In this document: positions 43,602 to 55,500 of the stretch, piece after piece | Position numbering within the stretch: the first letter of the stretch is position 1 | Layout: each line of letters begins with the position of its first letter | Origin: Oopsacas minuta | Taxonomy: Eukaryota > Animalia > Porifera | DNA length: 64,000 bases | Assembly (NCBI GenBank): GCA_024704765.1 | Contig: JAKMXF010000354.1 | Span: 605,690 to 669,689, forward strand | Reading direction: 5' to 3' | The notes under the pieces: generated by a model | Databases searched by the model: none | Seen by the model: the letters and a program-made list of their open reading frames with translations, nothing else | What the model was told of the DNA's origin: nothing | Made by a program: the position numbers and the translations under genes

Positions 43602-46302
43602 TATAGGTATGTGGTTTAATAATGGAATTAGATAGAAGAGTTTCCGGACCATTTGATAACTTTGTTATAATCTACATTCTATATTATAAAGCTAGAACAC
43701 AGCGTGTTTGTTCCCTTCAAAATTCCTGAGTAAGTGGTGAAAATGGGCGGGTTGGCTTATTTCTTGCTATAATGTAGCTCCTTAAGCGTATTTTCACAGG
43801 AATTTCCCTAATTCCAAACTTGTTTTAGAAATACAAATTTAATTCTAATAAAGGATGTCCCTGAAATATCTTGCTATAGAGTATTAGTTATTATAGCAAT
43901 AGCTGAAAGAATGTATACTAATTCATTTTACTTAGCTTAGTATTGTGTTTTGCCAAATCTGAGCGATAATAATATTGTGAGTTAGCAGTTACGATTCAAT
44001 TCAAGGATATTGCTTTTATTGTCATAATTGTATAAACACGAACAGGAAATTAATGTAATTCCATCCCACATAATTTTAAATAATATATTTTGTCTCTTTG
44101 ATATGTCTGATGCAAATCTTATTGAATAATTGCAAAACCAAAAAAAGCTAATTGTTAAATTTGAATTAATTAAGATTTTAAACTATCGTTGGTATTTGTT
44201 GAGATGAGGAGTCTGTATTCCCAAAAAATTCAAGCTACATTAAATTGAATATTTTTAACCATACTTTGCACGAAAATTTTTGTTAAATATATCTGTTTGT
44301 TAGAAATATCCTGTTTCTACTGCATATTCATAGAGAATAACTATTTAAAATACAATAGAACTCGGATAAAACATACCCCATTAGGAAACAAAATGTTTTC
44401 CTATGCGATTAATACAAATATTGTCTCCGAGTCCTACTATATTCCGTAAGTTCGTACTGGCATTTTCTTGAGTAGTGACATATTGAGCAACGAATTCTTT
44501 AAAATATTATTTAATTCATTAAGAGTAATCGGATACACGTTTGTTCGTTCGTTATTTTCTAATCGAATTATTGAGCGTCGTTGTGACTTAAGTATTGTTT
44601 TGGAGAAATTGATGGGTTTTGCATAAAAGTTATTTTTTGTAGCAAGTGTTACCTTGTAAATGTCTATTACTTTTGTTTAGAGTTCAGTAATTGAATATAC
44701 TATTACGTATTTTGATGAGCCCATCCTTTTAATGGTGCGATTTCGTAATTGTGTTATTCAATATGATTCTGGTATGATTTGAGTTTGAGTTTTAATCTAA
44801 TAATTTATATTTTGCCATTGTGATTATAATTTTTGTGTGGTAATTTTGGTTAATATTTATTTTGTTATAACCTGAATAAAACAATATTCCAACTTTTTTA
44901 TTAAATTCAGTTCGTTTAATGAAGGAAATACTACCAGGCCTCTTCTTGTTACCCTGACACCACCCAGAATCTTGTTTATAATATAGAAACTTCATATTAA
45001 TCGAACTAATTTAAATTTTATGGATAATAATTATATTACGATCACCTAACACCCTTTAGGCCCTGTTCAGATTAGCTAGGGTCTAATGTTTGTATTTAAT
45101 AGCATCGCGAGGTCAGTAGTAAAATATTATTCTCTTAAAATAATCCGGTTAATGCTTCTCCTATGCCAATACCACCCCATCATCTATAGAATGTAAATTC
45201 TCGATTTGATTTTAAAGGGATAGCACTAGATATGTTAACTATGATATTATTCCTCCTAGACTGACTGGATAATAATAATAATTAAATTTTCTAAGAAATA
45301 CAACTATCAATCTCTGTCCACGTGCTAATTAATTAATCTTTAACACACAGATCAAACTGTAATTAAAATAATTAAATAAAATTCATGATTGGATGAATCT
45401 TCTTCTTCACACATATAATATTTTCACACAGACTAAACCGATTCTATTTAATTAGTCGTTAACAACTGCCTCTTGTAAATTTAATAACTAAAGTATTTTG
45501 CCTAATATTCAAGTAATGTTCACTATAGAATTCATCCAGTAAACAACAATTCTAAGAAACAAAACATTGTGTTTGGTGCGATTTTTTAACAAAAATACGA
45601 TATTGTGAAAATTGAACCAGCTCTACGCATCTGGTTTACTAATGGAGTAAGGCTTTTTCCGAATTAAATGTTGGAAATGAATATATTATGAGTTACGTAT
45701 TTCAATTTAGTATTATAGATTAGATACGTCACGATTGATCGAATATTAAAATCATTACCCATCTCCTGAAACAGTGGCTGTACTCGTATTATCGAGTTTT
45801 CAATCAAATTCCATTGATGATCCTAATTCCTTCAAACTGAATCGTCAATGTGGCTGCACGTGTCTCTCGATCAGCTTTCCTCTCCATAGTGGATAATTCA
45901 GAAAGATACCGTGGCATCTAGTTGAGATTACAATATTTAAGTAGCTATAATAATAATAATTACAATTACTCTTGTATCGCAAGCGTATGATAATCTCTCA
46001 CTTAGATATTATCTACCAGTATAATATCTTATAAGTGATTAATACTTAATTTCGCTCAATTACATTACCCAATTTAGAGAATTGCTCTTCATGTGTGTTC
46101 CATTACAATCTTGTCTAGTATAGCGAGGGTATCGGTACATGTATACGCTATCCCACGTTTTGTATCAGCATCATGCCCTATGCAAAATTTATATTACCAC
46201 AAAAACGATTATTATTTGTACTTGTTTACTCAGAATATTGTGTCTGTTCTTGATAATGTTTAAATTAGTGAATAATTGAGATAGATAAAAGTAGATATTA
46301 AA

Positions 46303-48190
46303 ATGCTCTATATTCTCTTTGAACACGCTGCAGGATATGCCTTATTCCTATCCACACAGTCAGAGGAGATAGGAGCACAACAACAAGAAGTACAACAAGC
46401 TATGCTACAACTCTCCTCATTCTTACAACTTGTAAAATTAGAGGGATTCTCTCCTTTCAAGTCTGGAACTAATGCTCTAGAGAATATGAACTGTATTTCA
46501 GAGGGTCTCCTACATGAAGACCTGAAGAATTTTCTCGAAGTTAATCTCTCCAAAGAAGCTGACTTCACATTAGGAGTATCTGATAATAAACTGGGAGCTA
46601 CCATTCAGGAAACTTTAGGATTCCAATGCTCTACTCTAGGTGCAATATCTGATCTAATAAGAGGTATACGATTACATTTCCATCAATTGGTAGAGGGTCT
46701 TACAAAGCTGGCTCAGGACAAAGCACAGCTTGGTTTGGGACATAGTTATTCCAGAGCAAAGGTAAGTCATTTACTGCTTAAGTTTCCTTTTTTTTCACCA
46801 ATCGAGACATCGATGAAAATGGAATTAATTTTAATTGTGCATTAATTGGTGGCCGACAGAGTATTTATCTGCTTGCTTCATACACCTTATAAAATTATCA
46901 TTACAACACAATTATGTGTTGTAACTGATTCTTAGATTTTTAACACCTCAGCTGACACTAATAGCTACTTTTATGATTATTATTATTGTAGGTTAAGTTT
47001 AACGTTAATCGTGTTGACAACATGGTAATACAGTCTATTTCACTGCTTGATCAGCTGGATAAAGATATTAACACTTTCTCTATGCGTATTCGAGAATGGT
47101 ATTCTTATCATTTCCCAGAACTCTACAAGATTGTACCAGACAATTATCTCTATGCTAGAGTGACGAACTTCATTAGATCGAGAGATGAGCTGAGTGAAGA
47201 GAAATTAGAAGGCATAACTGCCATCCTCTCAGATCCAGAAAAGGCTAAAGCTATTCTGCAAGCTTCTAAATCTTCCATAGGAATGGAGATATCTGAAATA
47301 GACCTTCTTAATATTGAAATATTCGCAGCACGAGTTGTAGCTCTTGCTGAGTATAGAGAGACATTACATCAATACTTACGTAGTAAAATGGATCAGATAG
47401 CACCAAACTTAGCTGCACTTGTCGGAGAGATAGTAGGAGCAAGGCTTATCTCCCATGCAGGTTCTCTTACCAATCTAGCTAAGTACCCAGCTAGTACTGT
47501 TCAGATATTGGGCGCAGAGAAGGCATTGTTTCGAGCACTCAAAACACATGGAAACACACCCAAATATGGACTCATATTTAACTCCTCTTTCATTGGAAAG
47601 GCTCCTAAAAAGCACAAGGTTTGTAAATTTGTTAATAATTATATTAAAAATCTGGTGAAATAGGAAAATTTTCGTTTCCCATATTTTAGTGCATTCATTA
47701 CATTGTTTAGGGAAAGATTTCTAGGTTTTTGGCAAACAAATGCTCTCTGGCTAGTCGGATAGATTGTTTTGCTGAACACTCGACTAAGATATTCGGTGAG
47801 AAGATGTGTGAACAAGTTGAAGAGAGACTTCAGTTCTTCGAGACTGGTGTAGCTACCAGGAAGAACGAAGATGTGATGAGAGAGGCAGTCGATGAGTATA
47901 ATACTAGTGTTAAACTGATGACAAAGCAGCAGAAGAAAAAGAATAAAAAGAAAGAGAAGAAAGAGAAAGAAGCATTAGAGAAGGAAGCAATTATTGAACC
48001 TGATAAAGATGGAATTGATCAGATAGAGAAACAAAATGGTGTTGAGGAGAGTACAGAGGTTATACCTGTGCCAAAGAAAAAAAGTAAAAAGAAGAGATCT
48101 CAAATAGAAATGCTTACAGAAGGTATGGAGAAATACAAGTTTGATTCTCCTGAGACACCCAAACGCAAGAAAAAACTTCGCACCACTTAA
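46303..48190 (+). CDS. NOP56: Nucleolar protein 56; exons 46303-46761, 46992-47618, 47711-48190
   Basis: [24 protein letters not shown]|[55 protein letters not shown], Lys-rich tail; all junctions GT-AG and in frame. Confidence 0.96.
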
Positions 48191-48641
48191 TTTCGAAAAT
48201 CATTAGTAGATTTCTATTTTAGTAGCTATTACTTTTAATATGCAGTTTCTTACTCATTACTATTGGGTTCTTATTTCATCAGTTTTGGGAAGTTGCAATC
48301 ATAATAAATTTATGCTCTAGCTATTTTCGCAGAATCAACATAGCATAAATTGTGGCTAGAATGTAATAATTCCTTCAGAGCAAATGTGAGGTGAGGGTAG
48401 ATTGGACTTTATAGCATAAACAATGTATGGAGTATTTTGTCATGATATGGCTTTTATTATTTGTTTGAATTTATCTATATAATTCGTGTTAGACTAAAGC
48501 TATGACTACGTAGAGGTTAGTTGGATAAACAAACAACATTGTTCACCAATAAACTTATTATACAAACATAGGACAAAAGTCACGAAATGCTTTCCTGGCA
48601 AATAGCGTAGCAATCCTACTCATGTACGTAATACTTGGGTT

Positions 48642-48725
48642 CAGGGCCGTCGGAAGCCTATGAAAAGTGTGCTGCCCGTGCTAGCATAATAATATAGTGG
48701 GACCGTCCCTCTTCTGACGGCTCTG
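48642..48725. mobile_element. 84-bp hAT-type MITE with 15-bp TIRs and 8-bp target duplication
   Basis: CAGGGCCGTCGGAAG ... CTTCTGACGGCTCTG (13/15 match), flanked by CTTGGGTT (48634-48641) and CTTGGATT (48726-48733). Confidence 0.8.
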
Positions 48726-49125
48726 CTTGGATTAGATTCAACCAATCGGCTAGCTCCCTAGATGATTCTCTCTTTCTCTCCTAACCTGACATTAAGTTCA
48801 GGGCCTGATTAGACTCAGCATTGGCTTATCACTAATAAATGTCATAAGCCTATCTTCTATTGGATAATATTTCAAGGTTAATTACGTAAGTGGCACACTT
48901 TCATTATTGTTAACTTTGAAAATGAAAATTCGTTTTCACAAAGAGTAACTGAATAAGTGTAGAGTTGTAGAAACATACAAATATGGTTGATGTATTTCTC
49001 AGTATATTTGAGATCGTCAAAGTATTGTTCGTTGTCATTAAGAAGAGTCATATAACTATAAAATGGTTGAAAGTTTCCTAATTGATATATCAATTCATTA
49101 AATTAATATTTTACAATAGTGTATT

Positions 49126-50520
49126 ATGGATCCTGCACCTAAAATCGCGTTAATAGTTGGAATAGATGAGGGAGGTACCCGAATACTGCTAACTCTCATC
49201 GCTTCATTCATATTCGGCTATCCATATAACCTTATGACGCGAAAACTATCACCTAATCTACAACACACGCTAAATGCTATCACTGGTATTGCATTCATGT
49301 ACTATTGCATTGGGGTAGGAATCATACACTGTCTATTTGATATTTGTGTGATTGCTATCCTGTTGAATCTAGCTGGTGGAACTCTAGCCAGTGTATTCAT
49401 CACCTGGTTATTAGTATTCGGTCATTTATTGTGGGGATATACTCATGTTCTATTGGAAGATTCTGAAGTAAGAAATTGGACTACACCACATACTGTTATA
49501 ACACTAAAACTAATAGGACTAGCTACCTCACTATACGATGCTAAGACAGGAAAGAAAATAAACGAGAAGTCTAGCATAGATTGTCAATTCGCACTGAACT
49601 CTAGTAGAGTACAGGTGATGGAAGTATTAGGATTCTGTTGTCTGTTCTGCAGTTGTATTGTAGGTCCACAGATACCATTTCGTCGTTACAGAGAGTTCAT
49701 TAATGGAACTCTCTATGACAGAGAGAAAGTAGGAGGAAATATGTCCTACGCTCTTAATCGGCTGGGCATAGCTATCTTCTACAGTATAATTTACGTTATC
49801 ATCAGTTTATATATACCCCCAGTAAAATATTTACTTACTCCGATGTTTGAGAGACAAGCTCTTTGGAAGAAAATCCTTTTAAGTGCTGCACAGTTCTATT
49901 TCTTTTATAAACAATTTACATTTGTGTGGTTAATGGCAGAAACAGGTTGTATTACATATGGAATTAGCTATGTCAAGGAAGATAGTGGTCATCATTGGAG
50001 AGGATGTGCCTGTGTTTTCCCATTGAAGTGGGAGACAGCTACCTCAGGTAGGGACCTAGCCTATGCAATGAATATTTCAGTGAACACGTGGGTTATCTAT
50101 TATATCTATAAAAGGCTTATGCCTTATATTGGACCTCTCTTATCCCAGATAGCTATGGCTTTATTTATTTGTATCTGGCATGGATTATATCCAGGAATTT
50201 TCTTCCCATTTTTACATCAGATTCCATTAATATACTTTGACAGAATTGTACATAAGTATATTGAAACTTTTTATGGAAAGCCTAATGATTGGTCTGTACC
50301 TAGCCAGGTAGTATTTACATTGACATATGTCGTATATCTTAACATATACGAAGGATTTGAGGTCCCTTTTGCACTTTTAACGCTGGAGAACACGTTACAA
50401 TTTTACAAAGCAGTCAATTACTATGGATTTTATATAAACCTTATTGAAATACCAATTGGCATTTTCCTGAACCATCTAATTAGAAGTTCAGAATTGAAAA
50501 CATTGAAGAAATCCCAATAA
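49126..50520 (+). CDS. LPCAT3: MBOAT lysophospholipid acyltransferase (LPCAT3/MBOAT5-like)
   Basis: WTTPHTVITLKLIGLA, GPQIPFRRY, NISVNTWV...YKRL, ICIWHGLYPG (catalytic His), C-terminal KKxx (LKKSQ). Confidence 0.85.
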   Translation: MDPAPKIALIVGIDEGGTRILLTLIASFIFGYPYNLMTRKLSPNLQHTLNAITGIAFMYYCIGVGIIHCLFDICVIAILLNLAGGTLASVFITWLLVFGHLLWGYTHVLLEDSEVRNWTTPHTVITLKLIGLATSLYDAKTGKKINEKSSIDCQFALNSSRVQVMEVLGFCCLFCSCIVGPQIPFRRYREFINGTLYDREKVGGNMSYALNRLGIAIFYSIIYVIISLYIPPVKYLLTPMFERQALWKKILLSAAQFYFFYKQFTFVWLMAETGCITYGISYVKEDSGHHWRGCACVFPLKWETATSGRDLAYAMNISVNTWVIYYIYKRLMPYIGPLLSQIAMALFICIWHGLYPGIFFPFLHQIPLIYFDRIVHKYIETFYGKPNDWSVPSQVVFTLTYVVYLNIYEGFEVPFALLTLENTLQFYKAVNYYGFYINLIEIPIGIFLNHLIRSSELKTLKKSQ

Positions 50521-50701
50521 TCTTGGAATTTTACATTTCCTTGTACACATGTGTTTCAGTTCATTCATCATTTAGCTGTCACATTCTATAAGTACTTAGC
50601 ACAATATTTGTATTATTGTTGGTTGCTCATTGAATTCATTATTTAATGATTCAAGTTTTTAATATACACTGTATTACTGTGTAGACATAGACCAGATTGA
50701 T

Positions 50702-50738
50702 CAGGCCGTATCTGACGGACTGGTTGTGCTGCCCCTGA
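50702..50738. mobile_element. Short relic related to the 48642 hAT MITE
   Basis: CAGGCCGT...CTGACGGACTG followed by TGTGCTGCCC, a motif also present inside the 48642 element. Confidence 0.35.
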
Positions 50739-50828
50739 ATTATTATTGATCTACCTCCTGTGCCTATTTCCTGACTATTATTATCTTAGACTTCTTTGTA
50801 ATACATATTTAACTTATTGAGTAGTTGT

Positions 50829-52271
50829 ATGGGTGGGCTCACTTCCCTGCTAAACAAACAACCAGCCCCTTACGGGATAAACCTAAAAAGTACGAAAGGT
50901 GCCTATAACCAATGGCCTCACTTTTTCTCGCAACAAGTTATTCCATCTTCTTTCCATAATTCAATTACCCTCTTCCCAGACATGAATGGCAAATGGTTTG
51001 ACAATTCGAGTTTAAAAATCCCGTTAAACTCTGGTTTTGCAATGTCCCTCAATTGCAAATTAACTTCTCCCAATTCTGCACTGGCTAAGTCAGTTGTAAT
51101 GAAGGGAGAGGAGTTGCCTATGCCAGTACCTGCTGATGATGAGTGTTGCAATAAAGATATGTCAAATTCTCCACCAATTCCAGTCTCAATGCCTCAGTTT
51201 GAAAATGACCTTAAGTACGATCTGTTCGGTCTAATATGTGGACATGAGGATATACGAATTGGTCACTTCGTAGATTATATGCTGCTAGATAAAATACATG
51301 ACAAGATTTCTGAAGTCAAATCTGAGCTTTCTTTCTCATTCCGTAATTCTAGCGAGTGTATTCTCCTGAAGCACGAGCCATTCGCTTGCTGTCAAACAGA
51401 GAGAATTCTAGTGGAGGAGGTAATTATAGGAGCACTTGAACAGAGTTTCTATGAGGTAGACACACTCATAGGTAATAGATGGCATGATTTAGGATTCACC
51501 GGGGGTTGCTCTCTTATAGTTTGTATTATTATCAACAACTGTTTATACATTGCTAACGCAGGCAAATGCAGAGCTTATCTACACTCCCCGAACAAGCCGT
51601 GTGTCCAGATAACCACAGATTGTACTCCAGATTACGATAGACAACGAATACAGTCTATATCATATCTACAGCCACAATTATTGACACCCGAATACACTAG
51701 ACTACAGTTTGAAATTACACTGAGAGACGAGCATAAAGGCCAGAAAGTTCTCTACAGAGATAAGCATATGACTGGTTGGGCATTTAAACAAGTCACTGAT
51801 GAGGATATATACAAGGTCCCAAGTATTACAGGAGTAGGGGATAAGTCACGCCTATTTGGTTTAGACATTCCATCACGCGGAATTGGTTTCTATAGTCAAA
51901 AGGCGCCAGGTTGCATCCCGTTTAAACCATTTATCACATGTATACCAGAAATAACATCTATGTCCCTGGCAGATTTATCGAAAGGAGACTCCCTAGTTCT
52001 AACCTCTCCTGACTGCTCTAAATACATAACCCCTGAGGCTATAGAGGGAGTTATGAATAAGGGTTTAGGAAATGGGACAGATCCTCGTAGCCAGGATACA
52101 GGTCCTAGCCAGGCACAAGCATTCAATATTCTATCTCTTACAAACCAAATCGCTAACTCCAGCAATCTAGAGAGACACATTGTGAATGTGGATGATCATT
52201 TGCTGGATAATTCCAGAAACTGTGCTCATGACCTAGCACTAGCATGTATGGTTATTCCTCTCAAGAAGTGA
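50829..52271 (+). CDS. PPM1H: PPM1H/J/M-family PP2C-fold protein, predicted catalytically degenerate
   Basis: Flap region DRQRIQSISYLQPQLL...KVLYRDKHMTGWAFKQVTDED is diagnostic of PPM1H/J/M, and GGCSLIV...LYIANAG is present; metal-binding Asp motifs are altered. First true ATG at 50829. Confidence 0.8.
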   Translation: MGGLTSLLNKQPAPYGINLKSTKGAYNQWPHFFSQQVIPSSFHNSITLFPDMNGKWFDNSSLKIPLNSGFAMSLNCKLTSPNSALAKSVVMKGEELPMPVPADDECCNKDMSNSPPIPVSMPQFENDLKYDLFGLICGHEDIRIGHFVDYMLLDKIHDKISEVKSELSFSFRNSSECILLKHEPFACCQTERILVEEVIIGALEQSFYEVDTLIGNRWHDLGFTGGCSLIVCIIINNCLYIANAGKCRAYLHSPNKPCVQITTDCTPDYDRQRIQSISYLQPQLLTPEYTRLQFEITLRDEHKGQKVLYRDKHMTGWAFKQVTDEDIYKVPSITGVGDKSRLFGLDIPSRGIGFYSQKAPGCIPFKPFITCIPEITSMSLADLSKGDSLVLTSPDCSKYITPEAIEGVMNKGLGNGTDPRSQDTGPSQAQAFNILSLTNQIANSSNLERHIVNVDDHLLDNSRNCAHDLALACMVIPLKK

Positions 52272-52549
52272 ATGTTGATTATTTGTGTATAATAGGCTCT
52301 GTTGTAATATTATTTGCTTTAATCTACCATTTTGATATGATATTTATTAGCTGGGTAGCCCCCCAAAGTAACTCCCATTATTATATGATAATAAGCGAGG
52401 TATAGGAATTTAATATCGATACTAACTACAATGAAAAATAAACTGTATGTAAATTTGAATAATCAGTATTTTGATATATAAAATAGTACAATTCTAATCT
52501 ACTTCTATAGCTAAATAAGTGAAGGGCAGCTACCTACTTTACCATTGAG

Positions 52550-55500
52550 CTAATTCTGCTTACTGGCTGTATCTCCGTTACTACTACCAGTTATATCGTA
52601 TATCTCTTTCCTTGTAGCATGTTGTAACTTCTCAAATAGCACTGCTTTCTGAGTCAGATCAGAGAGTCCTGCAGAAATAACTTTAGTTTTCTCGCTATCT
52701 TCTCCGTACTTTTCTTTGAATGTGTTGTAAGCTTGTTTCTCTTGCTGGATAGCTTGTCTGTACTCTCCAGCTAGACTGTAAGCTTTAGAGAGAAGATGTC
52801 TAGTCATACCGGTTTGTACGTGTTGAGATCCATAGAATATATCTTGTAATCGTATCACATTCTCTAGATACTTCACCGCGCGCTTATTCTCACCTACTGA
52901 GTGATATGTGTAGCCTATATTGAGATCTATTGTAGCCATTTGAGGGTGTTTCTCTCCAAATAGCACCAGCAATAGATATCTAGCTCTGAATAGTACCTTA
53001 AGTGCAAGTTGAGACAGACCAGCATTACAACAGGAAGTAGCTAGACCGATAAGGCCAGTGAGAGTACGAGGATCATCCATGCCGAGGTTCCTCTCAAGTA
53101 TAAATGTTCCTTTCTGTTGGAAGTTCAGAGAGTTAAGTACATCTTTGGTAACTAGATAGAGGTTAGCTAGATCTTTATAGCAGCCCACCGTTTCTATATT
53201 ATTAGGTCCAGCAATGTTTTGGTAGTGATTAAGTGCTTCTAGACACAATTCTATACATTCCTTCACTAGTCCTAGTCCGAACCTACTGGAAGCCATCTTG
53301 TGTATTTCCTGAGGCAAATGCAGAGTTGGAGGGAAATGCTTCACTACAGGGTGTAGATTTATTACGTCACTCTCTGCGAAGGGCAATCCCTTCCCCTCCA
53401 GGTGGTATTCTCTTGCTAACAGCTGTACACCTAGTTTCATGCAAAGTGATCTTAGAATTGAGAGTTTAGAGAAAGGCACTCCCTCTGATGCTGAATGGAA
53501 ACTTCTATAATCTAGTTTGTATCCGAAATAAGTTTCCATTTCTGACTGTATTCCGGTCCACATAGACTGTGTAGTGAATGTTCCGTTTTCTTGTTTCAAT
53601 CTCTGATTCTTTTTCTTACTTTTCTTCTTTTTACCGCCAGTAGCTTCCTCAACTCCTGGTGTCTCCACACAACCGAAAAGAGAATTGAAAGCATTCACTA
53701 TTACTCCTGGCATCTCAGAGAGGTGAGCTTCTCCCATCTCTCTCCTTATATGTCTCTTAGCCACACGTATAATCATATCAGATATACATATAGTTTTGAC
53801 ATGTGACAGATCTTCCCGTTTTGATACAAGTTCTGTTATCCTACCTAAATATCGCATGTTTATACCGCGGAAGTGAAGCAAGCGAGTAAGAGAGACAGAG
53901 TCTACAGGCATCGCTTGGAGCTGCAAACAATCGATAAAGAACCGAGGAAGAGAATAATGAATTATAAATTCTGAAAGTTCTTCACAGAGTTTCTTATCTT
54001 TCTCCAATACTTCACTACTCCCAGCTAATTTACACAGATGTGAAGTTAGATCCATGTTGAAACGTAGATCGAAATCTGACTCGCTAATAGAGCCTAATCC
54101 TTCCAGTGAGTTACATAGAATCTCCATTACTTTCTTCTGACCTAGTTTATTGGTTTCCTCAGATTCTGTACTATCTTCAGTTCTCTCTTTCTCATCTGTG
54201 GTCAGGTTTAAGTTCTTCTCTGAAAGCACTAGTTTAACTGATCCGTTATCATCAGGTAGTATCACGCCCACCTCCAGCTGATTGGTACATTCCAAGCCCT
54301 CTTCAAAGTTGCTAGGACTCACAATAGATATTATTTCTTCGTTTTTCATAGGGCCTGCTGTTTCTGATTTTATATCAACTCCTATTTCCTTCTCCCCTGT
54401 ATCCCCACCAAATGAATCATCTTTTGTAGCTAAGAGGAGGACAGGATTCTTGTCAATATCAGACAAATCCTTTTCTAAGATCTGCTCCAATGCTACTTCT
54501 GGTTGACTCTTGTGTTCTTCATCTTTCAGATCAGAATCAAGTCCTTTCTTTTCACTAACCTCTTTATTCTGTTCTTCCAATGTTAGCTTACTAATCTTCT
54601 GTATGAATGTACTGTATTTGTATTGTATAAAGCTCTCTACAATCTCACGTCTATGCATAGCCATCTTGTGTCCAATATCAACTCTCTTCTCACCCACTTT
54701 CTCACTCGTATCCTGCTCTGAGTATTGATCAAAGTTTAAATCAGGGGGCGTGATACGATATAAGTCGATGAGATAGTTCCTCCCATCTGTACCTATTATA
54801 CCCTTACACTCCACTGAAGATGGCATCTCCTGTACACGCCCCTCATGATCATACACCTGTTCTATCTTAACATTAAGCTCCTGTCCTACTCCTCTCATTA
54901 GACCAGCGAACTTTTCATTTTTGGAGAGTTTCTTACCATCTAAAGTTCCATATTCTAGAATATTCTCTTGATCTCTCTGTAAAATACCCGGCACGATAGA
55001 CTGAGCTACTACTCTATGTCCTCTGTAATCTACCAGAGCAGTAGCTAATGTATGTAGTCCCTCTACATCAAGTTCCTCAATAGCTGCTATACCGTGTATA
55101 TCCTTAGCTGCAGTAATATAAGCAGCCCTGTCTCCTCCCACATTCTTGTATAGCTCTCTACCATCATATGGATATGAGAAAAAAATATTGTTCCAGATGA
55201 ATAGGAAATTCTTCTCATCATCAGTAGGATTCAGAGCTGGTATATTTCCATCTAACACAGCTTGTGCTCCTTGTGTTGCTGCCTCTATAAAGTCAGTATA
55301 TACCTTGTATATAGCTCTCTCACGTACCATACGATTATATACAGTCTCTCTAGGTAGATCTCTACTCCCTGCTAGTTCTGCATTCCAGTCACGTAGCTGT
55401 CCTAGTGTGTGCTCCTCGTGTCCTAGACGTCCCTGTAGTGAGTCATGTGCTCGGACCAGATTGTACGAGTGTCTAGAGGGGTTTATCAACCAGCAATGCA

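Noticed and set aside
23127-50520. Functional clustering of mitochondrial and lipid genes (MPV17, NDUFA12, LCLAT1, LPCAT3)
   Set aside because: They are interspersed with unrelated housekeeping genes; the enrichment cannot be distinguished from chance in one window.
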